From Camelus ferus (taxonomy: Eukaryota): 64,000 nucleotides of DNA. Location of the stretch: positions 32,676,001 through 32,740,000 of the forward strand of contig NC_045697.1 of assembly GCF_009834535.1 (NCBI RefSeq). Reading direction: 5' to 3'. A program made the translations under genes and the position numbers. The notes beneath the pieces are model-generated. The model searched no databases. It had not been told where the DNA came from and worked only from the letters and a program-made list of their open reading frames with translations. Position 1 is the stretch's first letter; each line of letters begins with the position of its first letter. Positions 28,401 to 41,000 of the stretch are shown in pieces.

Positions 28401-28934
28401 TTCAAATACAATTGCCTAAACTTTTTGCCATGTTAAAAATGGAAATATTGTTATTTTATGATTTTTCTATCTCCCGAATGTTGCCTGTTTTGTGTCTCTG
28501 TTGTTTATTGATTCACCCAACAATCTCTGAGGGCCTGCTTTTAATAGTGTTCTAAGTGTTAAAAAAAATAGTAAACAAAATTATATCCTTGTGAACCTTG
28601 TAGTCTGGTGAGGGAAATATACACTAATCAAATATTTACACCCACAATTGCACACAAATACAGATGGTATAATTGTGAAAAGTGCCATGAAGGCAAAGAA
28701 TTCAATGATATGAAAGTAAAAAAGAAGTGTGTGGCTTTGGGGAAAGTACGAAGTATATGGGTGTGTCATCAAACATTATCTATTTCCCTTTTTGAACATT
28801 ATACATTCTAGTTAATGTACTATTTATAAATTCATTCAATTTTTGAGTCTAATTCTCATTATATTCCAGGTACTATGTTGCATACATCAGTTTACAATAA
28901 TAAATAGTGTAGTTAAAAAGACATAGCAAATAAT

Positions 28935-30065
28935 GAGAATTTTGCTTCTATTTAAGATGTGGAAATCAAGAAAATGTGACTCCTATCCTAATAACCAAAA
29001 AAAAAAAAAAAAGAAAGATATAACATTTACAAAAGCATAACTTTCCTTGAAAGGACAGAATACTTGTCCAAAGACAACCACGGGACTGGATTTCAAGTGA
29101 CAAGCCTCTTTCAGGAGAAAAGAGACAAATGAACTATTTCATTTTTGTCAAAGCAGAGGCAGTACAGATGACTTCAACAGAAGCATGTGAGATGTTGGCT
29201 CAAATGCTGATAGATTATTAAAGAGTTGAACTCTTTAATAATTGAGTTGAACTAGCCTATCAGTTTATAATAATGGGGAACTCTGGACATGAGGAGAGCT
29301 CTTCCCACAGGCTTCCTCCAGAAGCTTAGAAGAAAGGCTAGGCAGAGCTGAAGACAGGAGCGAGTTCCCTCGGTGGTACAGGCCTGCATGAATTGCTTTT
29401 CAGCCATGACGTCTGCTCCCGTGGACCTTCCTCCCAGAGGAAGCAAGTCTCTAGCCGCTGAGGTGGAGGTGAGGGAAACAAACCCTCTCAACTCTACAGC
29501 CTTCTGGGGAATAGTAGACGCAACATCTGCCTAAGGATAGGGAATTCTTTTTGCTGATGCCATAAATCAGGCGAATGCACACAACTTCTACAGAAAGAGT
29601 AAAAGTAAACATTCTTTGAATTTAGGAAAGTCCAGGAAAACCTCCTGGACCCTAATCTGGCACTGATATAAAACAGAAGTTTGCTACTACTTAGGGAGGG
29701 ACAGAAAATTCTGTTTTTCTCCTTTTTTTTCCTTCCTATTATCCACCACAGATAGAAATCAATTTGCTGCCACAGAGAGGAGGGACAGAAACACTGAGAA
29801 GGTGCTATCTATTCCCATGGCTTAGGTACACAGACCCTTATAAGACTAAGGCTGCACCAGAAGATATGCCACCTAAATTATAATCCCAGCAGAATTCCAT
29901 GCTACCGCAGTGGACTGCTACAGGACAGAGCAGGGAATGAGAACCTACCTCTGCTGCACAGCCATGCAGAGGCAATTGAAAGCAGAAAGTGAAACAGGAA
30001 TACAGAGAAACCCTTCCAGCCAACTCAGGCCTAATGTTAAGCACAAGGTAACAATAAGCTGCTGC
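28935..30065 (+). mobile_element. Ancient L1 5'-end/5' UTR relic (L1M-type)
   Basis: Starts gcttctatttaagatgtgg; moderately GC-rich 5'-UTR-like sequence. Family assignment is uncertain. Confidence 0.4.
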
Positions 30066-30299
30066 TGGGAGAATCTGAGCCAATAGAATGTAAACAGAAG
30101 AGGGGTAGGGCCACTTCTAACCTTGGGCCATAAAAACTGACCATGAATAGTTCTCCATCCTCTGTCTCCTTGTACTGTTTTAAGATGAGTACATACAGTG
30201 ACTCTGAAAGACACAAGGTAAAGATAGCATAGGCATCTTCTATCACAATAGAAGTTTGGTGTTTTGTCATTTCTTGGAAGAGAAGAATCAACAGATTGT

Positions 30300-31722
30300 G
30301 GACACCAATTAAGCTTTATATGAGCTTGAAACAAACTTTGTTATGACTGCATCACTATACACTTCTGTTATGCAGCAGTAGTGCTCCATTAATTAATATA
30401 AATATGGTGCTCTGAAGTGAGATGATTCCATACTATAATCAAAAATTATATGGGCTGCCTTAACAGCCAGATAGCAGTATCTGAGAAATTGATACCAGAG
30501 CTCAGACATGTGTTAACTCCTTAGGCAGCGCTAATACCTCATTTGAAATTTGCTCTTGATATCTTAGCAGACTGATCACATGCCTACTAAGTTGTAGTTC
30601 TAGGAAATGTGACAATTAAAATGATAGTGCCCATTTGCTTTTATTTTATGCTTCCAGAAAAGACGTTCCATAAAAGAGAGAAGTTCAAGAAAGAATTAGG
30701 CAGTTTATAAAATGAAATGAAAGCAAACAAGGAGTCCTAATTTGGAGACTCAAAAGTTTGGAAGATTCTGGCTGCTTCTGGGTTCCTACCACTCAGATTT
30801 GAGCAATAGATTTGAGAAACAGATTTCTCAGGAAAACAAAATAACACAGCCTTGAGCACAGCTCAGATTAAGAGTTTTTCTAAACTAGATAAACCTATTA
30901 TTAAAATAAAGGTGTTCAAAGGTGTTCAGCCTTAGAAAGAGAGGTGGGGAGAGAGAAAGATAAATGAAGCCGAATTTACGATTAGAAATAGGAAATAATT
31001 TTGCATGTGGTTAAGTGATTCCTGGTACATAGAATGGACAGGAAGCAAATAGATCTGAAGCTAATTAAGTCTTTGTGGGGTTATTTTGTCAATAGATCAA
31101 AGTCAACTAAAAAATACATTGTTTACTTTAATCTTATATCAACACTCCATCTCCAAACTTGGACCAGTAAGAAATGGACCATAAAAGCTGGGCAGCCCCC
31201 GAAGAAGGATACACCCTAGCAGCCATTTCATATGTGTGTGTGGATAATAATGGAAAATGAACAGTTCTACAGGGTGGCTTTTGAAGACTTTATAAAACAG
31301 TGTACAGGTGACAACTCACAAAGCAGAATTAGGATCTGGTCATGTGTGGATTGAGAGATTTTCCATTCTAGGCCCAGAAGTTTATTATTGATCCACTGAC
31401 TACTGTGTCTTTCTACATATTTCTTGTGCTTTTTTTTTTTTTTTGTACTGGTGGTTTTAACTGCAATTACCCTGTTTTTGCTACATCATTGTATATTGGG
31501 CATGTGTAGAAGAGGGTAGGGGACAGATAAGTTCTCTTTATCATACATACATTATCCTATCATAAAGCACAACTTTCCAATATCAAAAAAAAATGATAGT
31601 AAATCACCCATAAATCCTGAATTTGATTTGGATACTGTATGAACTTTCAGATGTAACACTTGAGAAGGTGGTGTGGGAAAGAAGGTAAAACAGACATTCT
31701 GTGACCAGAAAGCCAAACTGTA
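30300..31722 (+). mobile_element. MaLR internal sequence relic
   Basis: Degenerate MLT-int-like motifs ending gtgaccagaaagccaaactgt, similar to the sequence that precedes a MaLR 3' LTR. Confidence 0.35.
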
Positions 31723-32219
31723 ACAACCACTGACTAATTGCTATGGTTGTACTGTATTTTTTAATGTACTTTTAAAGTCTTTTTGCTTTCTTTCCTATTA
31801 AGGGATTTTGCATTGACATTCCTAAATGGAATTAATGTGCAATTTTTTCTGTGTTGTGCAATATTTATCAAGATTAGGCATCAAATATCCTTGTTTAAGA
31901 AATAGAGTATGGATAATTTTAGTCTTCTAGGCTATGGAAACAAGTCAGGTAACCTAGGAATTATCTACTCTTTGAGGTTTAATAAATTCCCATGAAACAC
32001 ATTTAGCCTAGTGCTTTTCAATGTGGTTCTTTGTGATAACTTCCTGTAATTCTCTGGTGGGAATTTCTTATTATTTCTGTATCTCTATTTAATGCCTTAG
32101 TGTCTACTTAATAAATGCTAATTAAATTTCTTAAAAAATATTTATTATAATCTAAATTTACATATTTGTAAACTTCTGTGCAAATTTTCTCATTTACTTC
32201 TCCCTCTCATTTCCTTCTT

Positions 32220-32420
32220 TTTTTTTTTTTTTTTTTTTTTTTACTGAAGTGTAGTTGACTTATAATGTTGTGTTACTTTCTGGTGTACAGCATAGTGATT
32301 CAGTTATATATCTATATTCTTTTCCATATTATTTTTCATTATAGGTTATTACAAGTTACTGAATATAGTTCCCTTTACTATACACAGTAGGACCTTGTTT
32401 ATTCTGTATATAGCAGTTTG
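32220..32420 (-). mobile_element. ~200-bp L1 3' tail with poly(A) and TSD
   Basis: Poly(T) at ~32218-32242 followed by a reverse L1 3' end. 9-bp TSD ttccttctt at 32211-32219 and 32421-32429. Confidence 0.9.
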
Positions 32421-32698
32421 TTCCTTCTTATTTAGTCTGTGTTTTCTATCTTCTTTCTTGTCAACGTTTGATTATATCTGTATATATTATTATATTAGTG
32501 CTTTGTAAAAGAACTAATTTTTAATTTATTCAATAGTTCTATTTTTTTGAGTTAATTTCTACTTTAGTTGCATGTTTCTCACATTTTTTGTTTGTTTTCT
32601 ATGTTTAAATTCGGTATGTGTGTTCCAACAGCTTTTGTATGATATTCTGTTCATTTACATTTACTCATTCATTAAAGTAGAATAAATATTTAAGACTA

Positions 32699-33897
32699 CA
32701 GGCATACTTTGGAGATGTTGTGGGTTCAGTTCTAGACTGGTGGAGGATCTTGTCTCCGTGTTGATGGCTGCTGACTGATCAGCTGAGTGGCTGTGGCAAT
32801 TTCTTAAAATAAGACAACAGTGAAGCTTGCTGCATCAATTGTCTTCCTTTCATGAAAAATTCCCCTGTAGTATGTGATGCCGTTTAATAGCATCTTAGTC
32901 ACAGAATTTCTTTCAGAATTTAAGTCAATCCTCAAGCCCTGCTCTTGTTTTATCTACTGTGTTTATGTAATTTTCTAAATACTTCATTATCATTTCAACA
33001 ATCTTCACAGTAACTTCACCAGGAAAAAATTCCATCTCAAGAAATCACTTTCTTTCCCTTCTTCAACTCTTCCCCCCTAACTTCAACTCTTCACCTGTTA
33101 AAATTTTATCATTAGATTGCAACAATTCAGTCAAATCTTCAGGCTCTGCTTCTAATTCTAGTTTGCTTATTTCCACTATATCTGTAGATACTTCCTTCAC
33201 TGAAGTCTTGAATCCCTCAAAGTCATCCATGAGGTTTGGAATCAGCCTATTTCAAACTACTATTAATGTTGATACTTTGACCACGTCCAATGAATTGTAT
33301 ACGTTCTTAACAGTATCTAAGCTGATGAATCTTGTACACAAGGTATCAGCTGACTTTTCCCAGATCCATCAGAGAAATCACTATCTATGAAAGCTATAGC
33401 TTTATGTAATGTGTTTCTTAAATAATGAGACTTGAAAATCAGAATAACTCTTTGATCCATGGGCTACAGAATGGACGTTATGTTAGGCATGAAAACAACA
33501 TTAATCTCATTGTACATCTCCATCAGAGCTCTTGGGTGACCAGGTAAGTTGTCAAAGAACAGTAAGAAATATTTTTTTGAGGAGTAGATCTCAACAGTGG
33601 GCTTAAAATATTCAATAAATGTTGTAAGCAGATACACTGTCATCCAGGCTTTGTTGTTCCACTGACAAGAGCATAGGCAGAGTAGATTTAGCATAATTCT
33701 CATGGCCACTTGGACTTTTTGGAATAATAAATGACACTGGATTCAACTTAAAGTCCCCAACTGCAATAGCCCCTAACAAGAGTCAGCCTGTCCTTTGAAA
33801 CTCTGAAGGCAGTCACTGACTCCTCATTTCTAGCTATCAAAGTCCTAGATGGTATCTTCTTTTAATATAAAGTTGTTTTGCCTACATTGAAAATCTA
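32699..33897 (-). mobile_element. Tigger1 (TcMar/pogo) DNA transposon, partial
   Basis: TA followed by the CAGGCATAC terminal repeat at 32697-32707. ORF 33464..33709(-) has DDE_1 transposase motifs ([23 protein letters not shown]). Confidence 0.88.
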
Positions 33898-33899
33898 TG

Positions 33900-34470
33900 A
33901 TGTTTATTTGGGTTTTTCATACATGACTTTTATTATGTTGAGGTAATTTTCTTCTTTTTCTAGTTTGATAAATGTTTTTATCTTAAAACGGCACTGAATT
34001 TTGGCAAATGCTTTTCCACATCAGCTGAGTAGATTTCATTTTTTCCTCTATTAATCTGAGTATTTCATGACTGATTTTCATATATTGAACCATCAGCGCA
34101 TTCCAGGACTAAATTCTACTTGGTTATGTTGTACAATCCTTTTAATATGCTGTTAAATTCTGTTTGCTGGTATTTTGTTGAAAATTTTCATTTCAACATT
34201 CATCAGAGGTATTGGCCTGTAATTTTGCTTTCTTGTTACATCTTTGTCTGACTTTGGTATCAGAGAAATACTGGCCTCATAAAATAATTTTGGGTGTGTT
34301 AATTCTCCAATTTTTTGGATAACTTTGTAAAAGATTAGTGTTAAGTTTTTAAATTTATGGTAGAATTTAACAGTGAAGCCATCCGGTACTGGGCTTTTTT
34401 TGGTCGGGAAAGTTTTGATGACTGATTCAATATTCTTATTAGTTATAGGTCTATTCAAATTTTCAATTTT
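33900..34470 (-). mobile_element. L1 ORF2 (reverse transcriptase N-terminal) fragment
   Basis: ORF 34153..34458(-) reads NRPIT...PTKKSPVPDGFT...YEASISLIPK...NYRPIPLMN. Confidence 0.9.
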
Positions 34471-34471
34471 T

Positions 34472-34735
34472 TATGACCACAATGTTATGAGATTACAAAT
34501 CAACTGCAAGAAAAAAAATTGTAAAAACCACAAACATGTGGAGGCTAAACAATATGCTACCAAACAATCAATGGATCACTGAAGGAATCAAAGAAGAAAT
34601 AAAAACCAATACTTAGAAACAAATGAAAATGAAAACACGATGATCCCAAAGCTGTGGGACACAGCAAATACAGTTCTCAGTGGGAAGTTTACAGTGATAC
34701 AAGCTTACCTTAGGAAACAAAAAATCTCAAATAAC
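34472..34735 (+). mobile_element. L1 ORF2 fragment (end of endonuclease region), opposite strand
   Basis: gaccacaatg...tggaggctaaacaatatgctac...gaaacaaatgaaaatg...tgggacacagcaaa is homologous to ~41550-41820 of the full-length L1. Confidence 0.88.
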
Positions 34736-35899
34736 ATTATATTCTGATTTGTTGACTTTGTTTCATAATGTTCCTTCACTCTTGCCATTGCTTATTTAAT
34801 TCATATTAGAGCACTGTATTATAATTTTTTTCTGATTCATAATTATTGTCAGTGTGTATTTTCATCTGCTGAAAGGTTTTGACAGTGACTTTTTTATTCC
34901 TTCCAGTAGATCTAAAGTGGATGCTATGTGACTTTTTCTGTATATTTTTAAGTACCTTTAATTGTTCTGAAACATTAATTATAGTTAACTATATGCAGAA
35001 GAGACTGAGTGGTTTGAATGACTTGCTAAATTCTTAGTTCAAGCTTACTGTACTCTGATAGCACAGTGAAGTTTCTTTACTAATTGTTGCCTGTTTCCTG
35101 TGTGTGTGTTGAGGGTGGGGGAGAAGTAGAATTTCTTCTGATGCTGTGATATTATTTTGTTCCTGAAGGTTCCATATTTCTCACATATTTTTCCCCCCTC
35201 TTTGTCCGTTCACCACCAAGCTTCCAGTAAAGCCTCCTCCTCATGTGGCCTCTATCATCCCCTAAAGTGATGCTTTTCCACTTTTTCACCTCCGACTCCA
35301 CACATGGTCCAGTCTTTCCTTTTGATTCCCTAACAGTCATTGTTCTGATTTACAGACATTTGATATGTTCTAATTTTTCTGTCACTCAGTGTCAGACTTT
35401 CTCCTTCATGGATGATACTATCTGTGTCATCTACTCTGGAGCAACTCCATTGTTCCAACTATTTCACTGATAATCTTCCCGTTTCTCCACTAAGAAAAAG
35501 GCCACAGAGTAGCTCCACTAACTTGGGGTGTTTTTCCCCCATATGTAACTGGGGTTTTTACCAAACTATGTCTCCTAAGTATGTCCTAGGCGTGGGTAAC
35601 AGTTGGCTTCATTTACTTGGAGGCTGTGTGGAAAAACTTTACATTTAGGAGCCAATCATTATGCTGTCCAATATTTTCTTTAAAATAGGATATTTCTCAT
35701 TTCTTTCACCAATTTATTACATTCACTGTGGTAAATAAACTAAATAATCTTACAAACAGTAGTTTTATCTAATTCTTTATGTCATTGCCCTATCATTTGA
35801 CTGATTTTACTTCCTTTAGCAAAACAAAAAAACAAAAAAACAAAAAAAAACACTGTAAATTTGGGCTAAGTTTTTGAGGTAGAGATTCTAGTGCTCATC

Positions 35900-36296
35900 A
35901 TTATATATATTTTTCTTTTCTTTGTACAAAAGAAACTGCATGTTCAATACCTCTTTTAATTAGGCAAGGTCATGTATTTCTCATCATTAAAATGTGAGTG
36001 GGAAAAATGTGCCATTTCTAAGCTAAGACAGAAAATAAGTCATCAGAGAGTTCTGTTCTCTCATTCTTCCCCTGCCAGAACAACAATGGAGAAGGCTTTA
36101 CCTCGTAAGAGTGGAGCCACAAGATGGAAATGATTTGAATCGTTGAGCTTCCACATGAGAGACATATTTTGTTAAGAAATACCTGAAACTACCCAGAAAT
36201 TAGAATGAGAAAGAAATATACTGCTGCTTCGTCCAGTCACTGAGATTCTGGGGGATATTTGGTATTACAGCATAGGTCTAGCCTATCCTGATACAC
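35900..36296 (+). mobile_element. MaLR LTR (MLT1I/J-like)
   Basis: tgtgagtgggaaaaatgtgccatttc...ggagccacaagatggaaa...cactgagattctggggg...cagcataggtctagcctatcctgataca. Confidence 0.65.
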
Positions 36297-38099
36297 AAAC
36301 TCCTCAGAGCAAGAATAGGTATACAGGCTTCCATGTTTCACGGAGGAAAAAAACAAACACACACACTTTAACCACATAACTCAAATAATCATTAAATCAA
36401 TGAAGTTCTTTAGTGAAAAAAAAAGTTAAAGGAACATCCACATACAAAATGCAATTAGGAAACTGAAAGCTTCTTAGATTCTTGTACCCTGTTGGAAGTC
36501 ATATTTTTTACATATAAGCTTTCAAATAAAATGACATATTTTTTAAAGTAGAAACCTGCTATTTATTTAGTATTTTAAAAGAATAAACAACCAGCAGCCT
36601 TTGTGAGCAATACGTTACAAGGCATTTGCAGATCGCCAAATTTGTAGAAACCAGTAATATATTTAAACCCCCATACACTATTTTAACAAACATTTAAATT
36701 GTTTCTAAAAGCAAAGTAGAAAATATTAATATTACTTTGATTTCATTGAAATAATTTGAAACTGAATTTATTTTTTCTTATAAAATAAATAATATTCTAT
36801 AACTTAATGTATGATTATTAAAGTAATGTTCATTATGGACTGAATTGGCAAACCTAAAACTTGGTAAATAATTGTGATTGCTGCTGTATCCTATGTGTGT
36901 GTGTTCACTACAAACAGCATGAATGTATATTTAGAGATAGATTTTTCTTCCATTATCAAACGGTTTAATTCTAACTAAAATTTATTCTGCCTATGGCTCA
37001 TCTCTTTGTGATAGAATTTTGCCTTGGTGGGGAATAATTTCCCAGTTATGTATTCAACTGATGCCTCCTTTCCTATTAACTTCACATTATGCAAATTAAA
37101 ATGCTTCTTAAAATTCTTGAACCAATCTTTGCTCATAAATTTGGTTGCTTCAAATGCTATGCTGGTACCTTCAGCACCTGTGGTTACACGTTAACTCTTT
37201 TTTTTTTTAAACAGGCTTCTGGCTTCTTCCTAAATGATATTTGCATTCAGCATCACATGCTTCCTGTGCACATCTTCATACTACACATTAATTATCTTTT
37301 TTTAAACTGTCATAAAACTGTCCTCTTTTAAGCTATGAACAACTATGTACAGGCTGGAACATTTTAGGAAAGAATTTCTCTGTATTCCTATACAGAGCTC
37401 ATGGAGCTTTCTGAGTTACCACCAGATTTACCAAAACCCTCTATATGCTAGTTATGAAGCTTTGCTTTCAGTTTCATTTTCATATCTTGCAAGGAGAGCT
37501 AACTTGCTTCTCTAGGTGATTCTCAGAAATATGTGTTATTATGTACTATTTTTCACTTCTGACCTAGGGTACTAGATGTAGAATAACTGAAATAAGCAAA
37601 GTTGTGCTGACAGATTGATGGTGTTCAGATTTACTCAACAGCTAAATGAAACAATCCCATGATAGAGCCTCAGGCAATCCACCAAAAAACTACAAATATA
37701 TAAATATCACATTACAAACACACAGGAGCATTTAAACACACACAAATTCTTAGAATTCCTTAGTTTCTGCCCTGTACTAAAAGTTATTTTTAATTTCCTC
37801 AAATATCAAGAATATGTATTATTTAACATATTATTTTTATAAAAGTTGGTTACATTTCAAACTATTCTCACCCCTCTAACAGAGAGGGATAAGCAACTAG
37901 GCACTTGTTTCTGTTCCATAAGTCTCTGTTACACTAACAAAATCTGAACTCCTTTACCTATTTCTTTTATATAAAGAAGATGATACACAATAATTACTTA
38001 AATATGAAACCCATTTTGCTGAAAAAATCAAAGGTACAACCAGTTTTTAATTCATTTGTGTTCTATATTATTAAAACTTAATTTAAAAAAGACTATCCT

Positions 38100-41000
38100 G
38101 AGAGAGGACATTAATATAGACCAATATGAGCAATATAAGGATGCAAGCTCACCCTCTGCCACAAATACATCAAAAATAAATCTACATGTGGAACAATTCT
38201 CACAGAATACCTACTGAACTCTGGTAGGAAAGCTCATACATTCAAAGCTACAAGAAAGATCTCCACATAACTGGGTAGGACAAAAAAAAAAAAAAACCAC
38301 CAGAATGGGGATGGGACCTGTGCCTCAGGGAGGGAGTGGAGAAAGAAAAAAGGTGCCCTCACCCTGAGAAGCCTCTTCAACAGCAGGGAAATTAGTTGGA
38401 ACAGAAGGGGAGCTTCAGAAGCTCAGAGGAGAGTGCTGTGGCCACTTTGCAGCAGACAGAATAGAGAGAAACTGGCAAAGATGGTCCATGCATTACCCAG
38501 CGTGAGACATGAGCCTGCTGCTATGTGTCAGGACTGGATGCTAATGCTCAGGTTTCAGAAGACAGACCCATGGAGAGGACTGGGCTTGGCTGGGCAGAGA
38601 TGGCTGAAAGGGGCTAGACTGAGTACAGACTGAAACTTGGAAAATACACAGGATGGAGCATGGGTCATGCATAGGAGCCCCATTGTTAATGCACTCTCTT
38701 GAAGGGAAGGGCAAGACACCATCATAGCTGTCTCCTTCGCTTGCTCTAGAAGGGCAAAATCTCTGGTGGGTTGCCCCCAAGTAAAGGTGGGGCAGAAATC
38801 TAAGGACATTCCCAGGGGCCAAGAGACTTTGGAAACAAGGCTGAAATTTGAGTCCTATCCCAAGGAGCTTTGGTGGATTTATGCTGACTGTGCCTTTATA
38901 AACTGATAAGCTGTAGGGCATCCTAGCAGAGTAGTAGTGAATGGTTGGGGCAGGTCTAGAGTTAATAGCAGGCTTGTGCATCCAGAGGTGGAGCGGGGGT
39001 GTGGGCTGATCCTGTAGAGTAGGCAGATACAGATGTGTGACTATACACAACTATGGTAGATCCTGGTGCCTGACTTCAGTGGATCTGCTCTGGTGACTTT
39101 GTGAACACAGCACCTGAGGGACATGACACCAGGGCAGGTTGCCTGAATTTCCATGGCTGAGGTGGGGCTGAGGGCAGCACCAACAACAGTGTATTTTTTG
39201 TGAGGCTACATGATGCATGAAAGGTGACACCACACAGGGCAGTTTCCAGTGGACATCTCCTGTGGAGGAATACTCAGCAGCTCTTCTCCCAGTAGAAGCA
39301 CTCAGTTCACGCAGAAGTTCAGAAACAAATCTGGGGGTGTCTACTGTCACAATTGGAGGAAAGACCTGGCCCCCGATAGGGCTGTGACAACCAAGGTGCA
39401 AAGACAAGGCCCCAGTCAACACCCCATGCAGGCTCTGGTTACCATAACACAAATCATACCCCTTATCAAGGGGATAACAGCCAACATACATGAAGGAAAG
39501 ATGTGTCAGCCACACACACTAAAAACATCCCTCGAAACAAAGATATTAGTTGCACACAAGCTACATAAGGATGCTCCCACATAAAAAGAGCCCTTCAAGA
39601 TGGCAGTAGATAACTGTTATTCCTAAATACATAGAGAAATATAAGTAAAATGAATAAACAGAAGCAGCTCACAATTAAAAGTAAAAGGGAAATCCCCAAA
39701 GAACAAAAAATAGACCTCTCCAGTCTACTAGAACTTCAGTTAAAAAAAAGAGATAATAAAAATAAGGAATTAAAAGACACTATTGATAGAAATGGAGATT
39801 ACTGTAAAAAGAAACTAAAAACAATAAAGAAGAGCCAATTAAAACCAGAAAATTCCATTGCTGAAATGAAAGTTGAGCTAAAGGCAATAAACAGCAGACT
39901 AAATAATGCAAAAGAACAGATAAGTGATCCAGAAGACAGAAAAATGGAAATCACCCCATGAGAACAACAGATAGAAAAACAAATTTTAAAAAAAGAAATA
40001 TAAGAGACCTATAGGATAATATAAAACACGGCGATCTACATATAATATGAGTCCCAGAAAGTGAAGAAAGAGAAAGGGGGATCAAAATGTATTTAAAAAT
40101 TAAGGCTGAAAATTTCCCAAACCTAAAGAAGGAAACATATCCAGGTACAGGAAGCACAGAGGGTCCTAAACAAGATGAGCCCAAACAGACCTACACAAAG
40201 CCATATTATAATTAATTAACAAAGAATTAATTATAAGCTAACTCCCACAAGGTTATTAGTTGATTTCTATACAGAACACTGCTGGCCACTGGGAGTGGCA
40301 AAATACATTCAAAGTCCTGAAAAAGAAAAATGTGCAACTCGGATACTCTATCCAGCAAGACTACCATTTAGAATAGAAGGAGAGAGAAAAAATTTCACAA
40401 ACAAAAACTAAAAAATACAGCAATACTAAATCTATCATAAAATAAACATTGAAAGGTCTTCTCTAAATAGAAAAGCAAAAATCTATAGAAAAGAGAAAAT
40501 CATAATTGGAAATGTAATAACTACAATAAATAGCAAAGTAATGAACATGATGATGTAAAAGAGGGCATCAAAATCATAAAATGTGGGAGAGGAGTAAGAA
40601 GATATAGATTTTTTTCTTTCTTTTTATAAGGTGTTTAAGCCTATGATTACTAGCCTAAAGCAAGTAGATACAGCGATTGGTTAATATATTGAAAAACAGG
40701 GTAACTACAAATCAAAAACATACAATAGAGTCACAAAACCAAAAAGAAAATAACTCAAGAATAATATAAAAGAAAATCATCAAACCACAAAAAGAAAAAG
40801 AAAGGAGCACATAATAGATAAAAAATCAAATGGAAAACAAAAATGAAAATGGCAATAAACACACATCAATCAATAATTACCTTAAATGTCAATGAACTAA
40901 ATGCTTCAATCAAAAGACACAGAGTGGCACATAAGATAATAAAACAAGAACCTACAATATGCTGCCCCCAAGAGACCCCCTTTAGGGTGAAAGACATGCA

